NCBI GenBank assembly: GCA_039177645.1
Contig: JBCDFS010000003.1
Coordinates: 185,693 to 249,692, forward strand
Reading direction: 5' to 3'
DNA: 64,000 nucleotides
Origin: Pseudomonadota bacterium
GTDB taxonomy: Bacteria; Pseudomonadota; Alphaproteobacteria; Rhodobacterales; Rhodobacteraceae
In this document: positions 37,167 through 46,661 of the stretch, piece by piece
Position numbering within the stretch: position 1 is the stretch's first letter
How the letters are laid out: every line of letters starts with the position of its first letter
Notes under the pieces: model-generated
What the model saw: only the letters and a program-made list of their open reading frames with translations
What the model was told of the DNA's origin: nothing
Databases searched by the model: none
Translations under genes and position numbers: made by a program

Positions 37167-38264
37167 ATGGCACCCATCCTCGACATCCAAGGCCTCTACA
37201 AGAACTACGGCACCGTTGAAATTCTCAAGGATATCAACGTGTCGATCAATGCGGGTGACTTTCTGGTGCTGGTCGGGCCCTCCGGCTGCGGGAAATCCAC
37301 CCTGCTCAACTGCATCGCCGGGCTGGAGCCGATTTCTGGCGGCAACCTCCGCATCGGAGGGGAGGATATGAGCCATGTCAGCCCCAAGGACCGCGACATC
37401 GCGATGGTGTTTCAGTCCTATGCGCTCTACCCGACGATGAGCGTCGCGAAAAATATCACGTTCGGCATGAAAGTGCGGGGCATCGATCCGGCGACGCAGG
37501 ACGCAAAGCTCAAGAAAGTGGCTGAGCAGCTGCAGATCGAGAAGCTTCTCAACCGTCGCCCCAGCCAGCTCTCGGGCGGTCAGCGGCAGCGGGTTGCCAT
37601 GGGGCGCGCGTTGGTGCGTGATCCGAAGCTGTTCCTGTTCGACGAGCCGCTTTCAAACCTCGATGCCAAACTTCGGGTCGAGATGCGCACCGAGATCAAG
37701 TCTTTGCATCAGAACCTCGGCGCCACGATGGTCTATGTCACGCACGACCAGATCGAAGCCATGACACTGGCCACGAAGATCGTGGTCATGAAAGGTGGCA
37801 TCATCCAGCAGATCGGCAGCCCTTCGGAGATCTACAATGAGCCCGCCAATACGTTCGTGGCGGACTTCATGGGCAATCCGGCGATGAACCTCATCCCCGC
37901 GAAGGCCAAGCGCAACGGAAGCGGCGCCAATATCGAGATCGCGCGGGGGAGCGGCGCGCCGATTGTCCTGCGCGAATCGCGTGAGATTGCCCTTCCGCAA
38001 GATGTAATCCTTGGGGTTAGGCCGGAGGATATTGGCGAGGCAGGCTTGCGGTCGGACACTCACCTCCAGGAGGCGGACTGCATGGTCGATATTGTCGAAC
38101 CGGCGGGCGCAGACACGTTTGTGGTGACGCAGCTCGGCGGCAGGCAGGTAACCGCCCGGCTTCATTCGGAGACAAAAGCCGCTGCCGGTCATGCCCAGCG
38201 GCTCGCCTTCGATCTTTCGAAAGTGTCGTATTTTGCGCCCGATACCGGGTTGCGCTTGAACTGA
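37167..38264 (+). CDS. Carbohydrate ABC transporter ATP-binding protein (MalK-like)
   Basis: GPSGCGKST, LSGGQRQR, FDEPLSNLDAKLR and TOBE tail. Confidence 0.95.
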   Translation: MAPILDIQGLYKNYGTVEILKDINVSINAGDFLVLVGPSGCGKSTLLNCIAGLEPISGGNLRIGGEDMSHVSPKDRDIAMVFQSYALYPTMSVAKNITFGMKVRGIDPATQDAKLKKVAEQLQIEKLLNRRPSQLSGGQRQRVAMGRALVRDPKLFLFDEPLSNLDAKLRVEMRTEIKSLHQNLGATMVYVTHDQIEAMTLATKIVVMKGGIIQQIGSPSEIYNEPANTFVADFMGNPAMNLIPAKAKRNGSGANIEIARGSGAPIVLRESREIALPQDVILGVRPEDIGEAGLRSDTHLQEADCMVDIVEPAGADTFVVTQLGGRQVTARLHSETKAAAGHAQRLAFDLSKVSYFAPDTGLRLN

Positions 38265-38285
38265 ACGGACCAACCAGAAGGTTGG

Positions 38286-38320
38286 GTCGGATCGGGCGCG
38301 GTATCGCCCGATCCGACTTT
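38286..38320 (+). terminator. Intrinsic terminator after the sugar ABC operon
   Basis: 13-bp perfect stem GTCGGATCGGGCG/CGCCCGATCCGAC followed by TTT. Confidence 0.85.
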
Positions 38321-38442
38321 CGTTCTTCCTGAACTCTTGCGGAGCCTATTAAGTTTGGCGCTCGCTCACGGACATGGTTTACGCGCAGGTTGCTGGAGCC
38401 TCGTTTCTCCCCGTTTTGCCTGTGCGCACCCGCGTCGCCCGA

Positions 38443-39135
38443 TCACAGATCGAATGGCACCATCACGTCCGCATCAATCACGTTCACGCCGGGCAACCCG
38501 GACTTCAACTCGTCGGTCGTTTGGGCCAGCAGCGGAAACGTCTTGTAGTGGCACGGGATCACTGTCTGGAACTTGAAGAACTTGCGTGCAGCAAACGCCG
38601 CGCGCTTCATGTCCATGGTGAAGTGCCCGCCGCAACAGAGGATCCCGATATCGGGATGATGGAGCTCCTCGAAGAGCGCCATATCCGCCATGACGTCCGT
38701 GTCGCCGGAGACGTAGATTGTGCGGCCTTCTCCGGCGATCATGTAGCCCGCCTCGGCACCGGCATAGACCGGCCCACCCTCACCGCCGGTGGAGGAGGAA
38801 TGGGCAGCGTTCACCATCGTGACCGAGACATCGCCGAGCTTCACCGTGCCGCCTTTGTTGAACCCGACGGTCTTGAGGCCGTGAGCGCTTTCCCAATGGC
38901 TCATGAGATCGTAGATCCCGACCACCGGGGCGCCGGTTTCTTTGGCGATGTCGAGAACACTGCCGGCATGGTCGAAATGCCCGTGGGTCAAGAGGATTTG
39001 CGTAACGCCAGCGATGGCCGCTGCGCGATCCTGACCCTCGAAGCTCGGGTTCCCGTCCAGCCAAGGGTCGATCAGCAGCGTCTCACCCGCGATTTCGATT
39101 CGAAAGCCTGAATGCCCGAGCCACGTAACTTTCAT
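38443..39135 (-). CDS. Metallo-beta-lactamase-fold metal-dependent hydrolase (UPF0173-like)
   Basis: WLGHS, LTHGHFDH, AAHSS, SGDT and PCHY motifs; ATG at 39135. Confidence 0.9.
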   Translation of the reverse strand: MKVTWLGHSGFRIEIAGETLLIDPWLDGNPSFEGQDRAAAIAGVTQILLTHGHFDHAGSVLDIAKETGAPVVGIYDLMSHWESAHGLKTVGFNKGGTVKLGDVSVTMVNAAHSSSTGGEGGPVYAGAEAGYMIAGEGRTIYVSGDTDVMADMALFEELHHPDIGILCCGGHFTMDMKRAAFAARKFFKFQTVIPCHYKTFPLLAQTTDELKSGLPGVNVIDADVMVPFDL

Positions 39136-39196
39136 TTGAATTCCTCTCCCCTTCTGCTCCCATAGCGCTGCGAGGTTGCGCGCGTGGAGAGTTTCA

Positions 39197-39856
39197 ATGG
39201 ACTGGTTTCGGCAGGTCAACAATTACTGCGAGAGGACAGACTTCAGCTATTGGTCGGAGCCGGTCAATGCGCTCACAAATCTCGCCTTCGTTCTCGCGGG
39301 TCTCTGGGCGCTCAGACTGGCGGCACGAAGCGGCGATAACGGCGCGCGGGTGCTGTCGGTTTGTCTCATTGCCATCGGGATCGGGTCTTGGCTCTTCCAT
39401 ACCCATGCGCAGATCTGGTCGCTGATGGCCGACGTGATCCCGATTCTTGTTTTCATCCTCGCCTATGTTTATCTAGCGACAGTGCGTTTCTTCGCACTGC
39501 CGCTCTGGGCCGGGGCGCTCGCGGTGATCGTCTATATCCCCTATTCCTCAGCGTTTACTGGCGTTTTCGAGCCGATTGTCGGCAATCTCAATGGCTCGAT
39601 GAGCTACATGCCCGTGCCGGTCCTGATCCTCGCTTATGCGGCCATTTTGCGAAATCGGCGCCGGGAAACCGCGAAAGGCTTGGCCATCGGGGCCTCCATC
39701 CTGTTTGCGTCGCTGTTTTTCCGCACGGTGGACGAAGCCATTTGTCCCACATTTCCGTTGGGGACGCATTTTCTCTGGCACATCCTCAACGCGGTGATGC
39801 TGGGCTGGATGATCCGGGTGATGGTCGAGGACCGGAGGGCCTTTCCAGCACATTGA
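39197..39856 (+). CDS. Ceramidase-domain (CREST family) membrane protein
   Basis: YCER....WSEPVNALTN, GSWLFHT, D..PI and GTHFLWH motifs; about 7 TM segments. Confidence 0.85.
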   Translation: MDWFRQVNNYCERTDFSYWSEPVNALTNLAFVLAGLWALRLAARSGDNGARVLSVCLIAIGIGSWLFHTHAQIWSLMADVIPILVFILAYVYLATVRFFALPLWAGALAVIVYIPYSSAFTGVFEPIVGNLNGSMSYMPVPVLILAYAAILRNRRRETAKGLAIGASILFASLFFRTVDEAICPTFPLGTHFLWHILNAVMLGWMIRVMVEDRRAFPAH

Positions 39857-40079
39857 GACGCGCCGAGGCGCTGCACTCGCGTTCAGAGGTCGACCCGTCT
39901 GACCGCTCGGTAAACCTCGATACCGTCTCGGGTTGGGCCTCAACAACTCATCGGCAGACCATGGGATGCCGCTGGCTTACGTCCAGATCTCTCAAACCGG
40001 GGCCGCGGTTACGGATCTGAAACCATTATTCCTGCAAAGACCAGACTGGTTTCCGCCTCTCGACCTCGAGGAGCACTGT

Positions 40080-41054
40080 ATGGTCACGAGTTCCAATCAA
40101 GGTTTCTTAGCTGAAGCAACCTTACCGTCCGAAAGCGTTTTTGGCACAGAGCGCACCATCAGCGGCACGCTGAACGACGATCGGATGCGGTTTGATACGT
40201 CCAGCGCGAGCGGTCCGGCCAGCAACGATCTGATCCGCGGCTATGACGGCAACGACACGATCAATGGCGGTCGCGGCGACGATTGGGTCTCGGGCGGTGA
40301 AGGCGACGACGTCTTGGGGGATTATGCAGGAAACGACCATCTGTTCGGAGAGGGCGGGAATGACCGGCTGAATGGCCGCCAGAACAAAGACTGGCTCGAT
40401 GGCGGGACCGGCAACGACTATCTCAGGGGCGGAAACGGACGCGATACGCTGCTGGGCGGCAGCGGCAACGACACGCTTGATGGTGGCAACGGGGCCGACA
40501 CTATGCTCGGTGGCGGCAACGGCGATGAAATGTCAGGCGGATCCGGCCGGGATTCTGTCGATGGCGGTGGCGGCAACGATAGTCTGCAGGGCGGTGATGG
40601 AAACGACACGCTGATCGGCAGCCGCGGCGACGACACGCTTGAGGGCGGAGGGGGCGGCGATATCCTGATAGGCGGCGAAGGGGCTGACGTTTTCCTCTTT
40701 ACCAGCGCGGAGGATTCAATACCGGGCAGGTCCGGGCGGAAGCTCCTCTATGATGAGATTCGCGCCCCAAGCGACAGTGAGGAGAGCACAGCATCCGCTT
40801 TTGACGCCGAGGATATCATTGATCTCTCAGCTCTTGATGCAGACCAATTGCAGGACGACGATCAGGCATTTGCTTGGGGCGGCATATTGAACAGTTCGAC
40901 CCGTTCAATCGGCACCCTCTATCTCAGGGAGCGAAAGGGCGAAACGATGCTCCTTGCCAATACCGACGACGATGAAAGCTGGGAACTCAAGATCGAGATC
41001 GAAGACGGAACGCGCGAACTCCTCTGGTACGACAGCGCGAATTTTATCCTCTGA
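40080..41054 (+). CDS. RTX/hemolysin-type calcium-binding repeat protein
   Basis: Many GGxGxDx(L/I) nonapeptides (about 40220-40700) and a serralysin-like C-terminal DIIDLSALDAD...QAF; ATG at 40080 after GAGGAG. Confidence 0.85.
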   Translation: MVTSSNQGFLAEATLPSESVFGTERTISGTLNDDRMRFDTSSASGPASNDLIRGYDGNDTINGGRGDDWVSGGEGDDVLGDYAGNDHLFGEGGNDRLNGRQNKDWLDGGTGNDYLRGGNGRDTLLGGSGNDTLDGGNGADTMLGGGNGDEMSGGSGRDSVDGGGGNDSLQGGDGNDTLIGSRGDDTLEGGGGGDILIGGEGADVFLFTSAEDSIPGRSGRKLLYDEIRAPSDSEESTASAFDAEDIIDLSALDADQLQDDDQAFAWGGILNSSTRSIGTLYLRERKGETMLLANTDDDESWELKIEIEDGTRELLWYDSANFIL

Positions 41055-41142
41055 GCGACCTCAACCAATTTGAGTTTTTTTTCGCGGCGGGCGACAACGG
41101 CACAAGCGTTGATCCCGCCGCGTCAGCAGCTATAGGCCCGCT

Positions 41143-41685
41143 CTAGACCTTGTTCGGCTCGAAGACGAGCGACGTGCCATTGATGCAGTGGAGGAGCTGT
41201 CCATCCACGATGAGGATGTGGCCGAGATGGGAGCCGCAGCGGCGGCAATGGACCTCGATCGCGGACAGGATCGCGAAATCCTCGCCATCGATATAGCGTT
41301 CTTCGACGCCATCGACGCTCATCATGGCCGCATGGGGCATCGAGTGGTAGAAAAACAGCCAACCCTTATCCAGGACCTTTTTCCATTCTGCATCATAAAC
41401 CGGTAGGCCGCAGCCCCGGCAATGATATGTGCCGGCGCGGGTCTCTTCCCAAAGAGGGCTCGTCTTTGGCACCTCTGTGCCCCCCTCACGCAAGATCCGG
41501 TATTCCGCGTCGGTGAGCATGGCGCGCCATTCTTCCTCACTGCGGGTCACTTCGAATTTGAAGTCGAAGTTTGCGGGGCCAGCTGTGACATTGGCCCGCG
41601 CCGCTGTTGAAAGGGTCATGGATGCCGCCAAGGCCGCGCTTGCGGACGCGAACAGCTCACGGCGGCTGAGGTTGAGTTTGCTCAT
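41143..41685 (-). CDS. msrB: Peptide-methionine (R)-S-oxide reductase with Tat signal
   Basis: SRRELF Tat motif; ILREGGTE, CRGC, CRRCGSHLGH and HCING motifs. Confidence 0.85.
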   Translation of the reverse strand: MSKLNLSRRELFASASAALAASMTLSTAARANVTAGPANFDFKFEVTRSEEEWRAMLTDAEYRILREGGTEVPKTSPLWEETRAGTYHCRGCGLPVYDAEWKKVLDKGWLFFYHSMPHAAMMSVDGVEERYIDGEDFAILSAIEVHCRRCGSHLGHILIVDGQLLHCINGTSLVFEPNKV

Positions 41686-41935
41686 GATCGTCTCCCTATC
41701 TCTTCAAACCCGGCGGCGGCTAGGTTTCCGGCAGCCGTCATTCCCATTGTCGGTTTCACCACTGGAGGCATTACAAAGCGGCCGTAAACTCTCCGTGGGT
41801 TGCGAAAGAGGTCTGTGGCTCTGGGCGGTCCAGTCTTTCCCACAGTGACGCAGCCACCGGAATGCGCGACGCGGCTCCACGGTAGCAATGCTTCTCGCCG
41901 CCAGTCGATCAACAGGGCCGTGGCCATGAGGCGAC

Positions 41936-42823
41936 TTACGCGAGATACTGATTGAACCAGGCGATTGTGCGCTCCCAAGCCAAGTTCGCCGCCGCCTCAT
42001 CGTAGCGGGGGGTGGAATCATTGTGAAAGCCATGGTTCGTGCCAGGGTAGATGTAGGCCTCGTAGGTCTTGTTGTGGGCCTGCAAGGCAGCTTCATAGGC
42101 GGGCCAGCCCTGATTGATCCGGTCATCGAACTCAGCATATTGGATCAGCAGAGGGGCATTAATGCGCGGCACGGCCTCGGCCTCCGGTTGGCGGCCATAG
42201 AACGGAACCGCAGCCGCGAGTTCCGGAATAGCTACCGCTGCCGCGTTTGAGACCCCACCGCCATAGCAGAATCCGGTGATCCCGATTTTGTCGGTCGTAT
42301 CCTCGTGAGACATCAGGAAAGTCACGGCGGCGAAGAAGTCGTTCATTAGCTTGACCGGATCCACCGTCCGCTGCAATTCGCGACCCTCATCGTCGTTTCC
42401 GGGATAACCTCCCGCGGAAGTCAGGCCGTCGGGTGCGAGGGCAATGAAACCTGATTTGGCCACACGACGCGCCACATCTTCGATGTAGGGATTGAGGCCG
42501 CGGTTCTCGTGCACCACGACAACTCCGGGTGTTGGACCTTGAACGTCTGAGGGCCGCACGAGATAGGCGCGCACATCACCGTGCCCCTCAGGCGACGGAT
42601 AGGTGATATACTCGGGGAAGATATCCGGGTCGGTGAACGAGACCTGGGAAGCAAGCGCGTAGTCGGGCTTCATTGAAGCGAGGATCGCCGTCGCCGTCAG
42701 GCCGCCGACGGCATACTTTCCCGCGCGGTCCAAGAACTCCCGCTTTGTGATCATTCCATGGGCGTAGAAATCGTAGAGCTCGAGCAGTTCTGGGTGAAAA
42801 TCCTTGGCGGTCAATCTGGTCAT
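41936..42823 (-). CDS. YghX-type dienelactone hydrolase family protein
   Basis: YDFYAHG.ITKREFL, HENRGLNP, GFCYGGG and HGFHNDSTPRY motifs; ATG at 42823. Confidence 0.92.
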   Translation of the reverse strand: MTRLTAKDFHPELLELYDFYAHGMITKREFLDRAGKYAVGGLTATAILASMKPDYALASQVSFTDPDIFPEYITYPSPEGHGDVRAYLVRPSDVQGPTPGVVVVHENRGLNPYIEDVARRVAKSGFIALAPDGLTSAGGYPGNDDEGRELQRTVDPVKLMNDFFAAVTFLMSHEDTTDKIGITGFCYGGGVSNAAAVAIPELAAAVPFYGRQPEAEAVPRINAPLLIQYAEFDDRINQGWPAYEAALQAHNKTYEAYIYPGTNHGFHNDSTPRYDEAAANLAWERTIAWFNQYLA

Positions 42824-42992
42824 AAGTGGCTCCCTGTTTCGCAACGACCGAATTGCAGCCCGGTGACGCCCAAACGGAGGCTTTTCTTGTTTGCACGTGA
42901 GACGACCCGGCTGTTGGAGTGTAACGAGCATTTCGCGATCCGGTGAGAAAAAATTTGTTCAGTAAAAAATTTTCCTGTGATGGATTGTCTGC

Positions 42993-44237
42993 TCAGAAAG
43001 ATCGCTGCCGTTTCGCGGCGGGTTTATGCGAATGTCTGGTCGAGCGACCTGAGACGCTAAACCGGGCATGCGGCTCTTTCAGCATTTCGCCGAGCTGTTC
43101 GAGGCTTTCGAGTGAATGGCACGCGTGGAAGTCATCTACGTGGGGTAAGAGCGCCTGAATACCACGGGCGCGAGGCACGAACCCATCCCAGCGCAAGAGC
43201 GGGTTGAGCCAAATCAGGCGGCGCGCCGAGAGGTGTAGCCGCTCTGCCTCTGTCGCCAAGAGCTCCGGGTCATCGCGCTCCAGACCATCGGTTACGAGAA
43301 GGACCACCCCACCCTGCCCCAGCAGGCGCCGGGACCAGTCGCGGTTGAAAATGCGCAGACACGCTCCGATCCGGGTGCCTCCGCTCCAATCGCGCGCCAT
43401 TTGGCCGATGGTATCGAGGGCTGCATCCGGGCTCCGCAGGCGCAGATGCCGGGTGATATCGGTGAGCTGTGTGCCGAACACAAAACCGTAGACTTGAGCC
43501 CAATCCGCGCCGCGCCGATGCATCAGGCTATGGAGAAAGTGCAAGAGCATGCGCGAATAGACCGACATCGACCCTGAGATATCGCAAAGCACCACCAGGT
43601 TGGGCGGCCGTCTTCCATGGCTACGGCGGACGAGCGTGCGCAACTCGCCTCCGCTCCGCACGCTTTGGCGCAGGGTCGCACGCCAATCCGCCAGCTTGCC
43701 GACGGGGTCGGAACGCAAGCGTCGGCTGCGGATTGGGTCAAACTTGAGATCGAGGCGGGCCAGGGCGCGGCGCGCGGCGGCGCGTTCCTCATCGGACATG
43801 CGCTCAAAATCACGGGTCCTGAAACGCTCCAACACGGAGGCGGCAGCCACAGGATCGAGCTGCTCCGAGGCGTTGGTGTCGCTAGAGTCCGTTTGCGGCA
43901 AGAACCCTTCGTGGTCGCCGACAGCTTGCGGAGCCTGCGCAACTTCAGCGAGGTTGTCGAGTGCAGTCTCCTGATTGGGCGCGGCCAAACTGCCCCATCG
44001 CTCCCGCCAGAACGCATCGAAAACGCGGGCGAAGACATCCCGATGCTCGGGGCGGCTGACGAAGCAGGCGACGAGCGCATATCGGACATCGCTTCGGTTT
44101 TGGACGCCTACGGCCTCAAGAGCCCGTGTCGCGTTGAGCATATGATCGGGACCGACCGGGAGACCGGCGGCTCTCAAGGCGCGCGCAAACAGCGTGATGT
44201 TGGCGGCGAGAGCGCCCTGGTCCTGCGTTGCGCTCAC
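42993..44237 (-). CDS. CoxE-like VWA domain protein
   Basis: LCDISGSM MIDAS, FGTQLT, DWSGGTRIG, TDGLE and WLNPLL motifs. Confidence 0.9.
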   Translation of the reverse strand: MSATQDQGALAANITLFARALRAAGLPVGPDHMLNATRALEAVGVQNRSDVRYALVACFVSRPEHRDVFARVFDAFWRERWGSLAAPNQETALDNLAEVAQAPQAVGDHEGFLPQTDSSDTNASEQLDPVAAASVLERFRTRDFERMSDEERAAARRALARLDLKFDPIRSRRLRSDPVGKLADWRATLRQSVRSGGELRTLVRRSHGRRPPNLVVLCDISGSMSVYSRMLLHFLHSLMHRRGADWAQVYGFVFGTQLTDITRHLRLRSPDAALDTIGQMARDWSGGTRIGACLRIFNRDWSRRLLGQGGVVLLVTDGLERDDPELLATEAERLHLSARRLIWLNPLLRWDGFVPRARGIQALLPHVDDFHACHSLESLEQLGEMLKEPHARFSVSGRSTRHSHKPAAKRQRSF

Positions 44238-45145
44238 TCCGCAGCGCTTCGGGTTTGCGCCGCATCGAGCAAGCGGCTGATGCGTGCAGGCGCCATATCG
44301 GCGATATCGTCTCGGTATTTGAGGAGCGCGCCGAGGGTCTCGCGGACCACATCTTCAGAGAGCGTCTTTGCATCGAGAGCGGCAAGGCAATTCGCCCAAT
44401 CGAGAGCTTCTGCGATCCCCGGCCGCTTGAAGACATCCTCGGCCCGCAGCGCCTGCACGAAGGCCACAACCTGGCGGCTCAGCGCCTCAGGTGTTCCCGG
44501 CGCCTTTACACGGAGGATCGCATACTCGCGGTCGAAATCGGGATACTCGACCCAATGATAGAGGCAGCGGCGCTTGATCGCGTCATGAACCTCGCGGGTC
44601 CGGTTGGAGGTCAGCACGACGATTGGCGGCACAGCGGCGCGGATAGTGCCAAGCTCGGGGATCGTCACCTGAAAATCGGAGAGCGCTTCGAGCAGGAAGG
44701 CCTCGAACGGCGCATCGGTGCGGTCGATTTCGTCGATGAGGAGCACAGGCGGTGTGCCCGCGCCCGGATCAAGCGCCTCCAGGAGCGGGCGGCGGATCAG
44801 GAAGCGCTCGGAAAACACTTCTTCGGTCAGAGAGGCTCGCTCAGGGCCGCCAGAGGCTTCGGCGGCGCGGATTGCGACCATTTGAGCGGGGAAGTTCCAT
44901 TCATAGACGGCGGAGGCGGCATCGAGCCCCTCATAGCATTGCAGCCGGATCAGCCGCCGATCAAGCATCGCGGCCAGCGCTTTGGCGATCTCGGTCTTGC
45001 CGACGCCCGCCTCCCCTTCAACAAAGAGAGGCCTGCCGAGCTTCAGCGCCAGGAACACCACGGTGGCGAGATCCCGGCCCGCGATGTAGCCCGCCGCGCC
45101 GAGCCGGGCTTGGGTGGCTTCGATGGAGGCGGGGAGATCGGACAT
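44234..45145 (-). CDS. CoxD-like MoxR AAA+ ATPase
   Basis: GEAGVGKTE, RLQCYEGLD, LIDEIDR, TSNRTRE and RRCLYHW motifs; start at 45145 or 45172. Confidence 0.92.
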   Translation of the reverse strand: MSDLPASIEATQARLGAAGYIAGRDLATVVFLALKLGRPLFVEGEAGVGKTEIAKALAAMLDRRLIRLQCYEGLDAASAVYEWNFPAQMVAIRAAEASGGPERASLTEEVFSERFLIRRPLLEALDPGAGTPPVLLIDEIDRTDAPFEAFLLEALSDFQVTIPELGTIRAAVPPIVVLTSNRTREVHDAIKRRCLYHWVEYPDFDREYAILRVKAPGTPEALSRQVVAFVQALRAEDVFKRPGIAEALDWANCLAALDAKTLSEDVVRETLGALLKYRDDIADMAPARISRLLDAAQTRSAAE

Positions 45146-45275
45146 GGGCTCCTGTGGGGTGTTTGGGAGCATCTAGGAATAGGCCGGGCGCCGGATCAAG
45201 CGCCGCGCTGCGTTTACGGCGCCGTGATGCCAGTTTAGCGTGTCGTTATTGGATTGAAATCACTGGCACGGCGGA

Positions 45276-46661
45276 ATGATCGAGTACCTTTCCTGGTTTT
45301 TCACGCTATTTGCGACGCTCATCGGTTTGTTCGGCCTCTCCGGCCTCATACTATACGGGAATTTTGCCACGCAGATCGCGGATCTGCTCAAGAAACCGGT
45401 TAGCGAGAGCCTCTATCAGAAAAATATGACGCGCTTACTCGACTGGGTGGACCGCCAGTTGACACCGGATAAGGCGCCAAGTGGTCAGGCCTCACGGATT
45501 GGAAAATGCGCCTGGAACTGGCCGGTTTTTGACTTCGCGCTGTGGCTTGCGGTCGCATACCCGCTCGTCTTCCTGATCGCGACCTGGGTCGCTGGTTATG
45601 ACGGCAAGATCGGCGCGTTGGATGTGATGCCAGCAACCGAGGATCCTTTGGTCCGGTACGGCGCTGCCTTCTTGCTTGTGTACATGTTTCTGCTGTTTTA
45701 CGTGTCGAAATGGGCGTCAGCCCGAAAGAAGCGAGCTGCGGAATACGCTTTTTTCGGGCTGGTCTTCGCATTCGCAGGCGCAGGCGCATTCGCATTCGCA
45801 GTCGCCTTCGCATTCACATTCGCATTCGCATTCTCAGGCGCAGGCGCAGGCGCATTCGCAGGCACAGTCGCATTCTCAGGCGCAGTCGGAGTCGCAGGCG
45901 CAGTCGCAGGCGCATTCGCACTCGCACTCGTAGGCGCAGTCTCGCTTGGCGCGCAGCGCGGTTACGGTCTGGTCAGCTACATCCTGCTCTGTCTCGCGCT
46001 GCTTTTGGCCATCGCCACAACGAGTGCCGCCGTCGAATTGACCGAAGAGGTGCGTGGATTGCTTGTCTTTCTCGCCCTGCTCCCCGTCCTCAATGGGGCG
46101 TTCGATTTCCTGTCCTATGGGCTCACGCGGTATCTGCTGCGCCGGGGCGTGACGGAGGGCGGCGGTTCGCCGATCCTGCTCGGCCTAGTGGACCTCTTTG
46201 GCGCGCTGAGCCTCTTCACGCTTTTGGGCCTGACCACGATCCTGGTTTTGCATCTGGTAAATGTGGTGTCGCCCGTGCCGCTCGCGGTTCCTTCCGAGGT
46301 GTTGGTCGATATTCGCGCCGATCCATGGGCCTATGGCTGGCTGTTTTTCTGCCTGTTCTCGACATTGATCCCGACCGGCCTGCATTTCTTTGTCAGCTTG
46401 TTCAGTGCCCCGCAGCTCCTGCCCTGGCTTACGGAACCCCTAGCTCGGGCGCTGGAGCACACGGGGGAGCATTTTACCTGGGCGCTGAAAGCGACAGCAC
46501 TCCTGTTGCTCTATTGCGGGATCTGGCTCGCCGTGGTGGTGTTTGGATTTGTCGCCTTTTTCGAGGGCGGCGCGTGGCTGCTTTCCACCTATGGCTGGAC
46601 GTATCTCTCGTTGTTCGACTGGTGCGACGGCTGGTTGGCGAGCCAGCTCGGCACACCCTAG
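45276..46661 (+). CDS. Hypothetical polytopic membrane protein with Ala-X low-complexity tract
   Basis: 461-aa ORF, mostly hydrophobic segments, no recognised catalytic motif. Confidence 0.75.
   Translation: MIEYLSWFFTLFATLIGLFGLSGLILYGNFATQIADLLKKPVSESLYQKNMTRLLDWVDRQLTPDKAPSGQASRIGKCAWNWPVFDFALWLAVAYPLVFLIATWVAGYDGKIGALDVMPATEDPLVRYGAAFLLVYMFLLFYVSKWASARKKRAAEYAFFGLVFAFAGAGAFAFAVAFAFTFAFAFSGAGAGAFAGTVAFSGAVGVAGAVAGAFALALVGAVSLGAQRGYGLVSYILLCLALLLAIATTSAAVELTEEVRGLLVFLALLPVLNGAFDFLSYGLTRYLLRRGVTEGGGSPILLGLVDLFGALSLFTLLGLTTILVLHLVNVVSPVPLAVPSEVLVDIRADPWAYGWLFFCLFSTLIPTGLHFFVSLFSAPQLLPWLTEPLARALEHTGEHFTWALKATALLLLYCGIWLAVVVFGFVAFFEGGAWLLSTYGWTYLSLFDWCDGWLASQLGTP
45765..45938 (+). repeat. Degenerate hexamer tandem repeat (TTC/GGC/GTC/CTC)-GCA, 29 units, in frame
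   Basis: Counted directly from TTCGCA at 45765 to GGCGCA ending at 45938. Confidence 0.9.

Noticed and set aside
40220-40700. Regularly spaced GGCGGC/GACGAC repeats as a possible CRISPR or DNA repeat
   Set aside because: Fully explained by RTX nonapeptide coding; no constant repeat with unique spacers.
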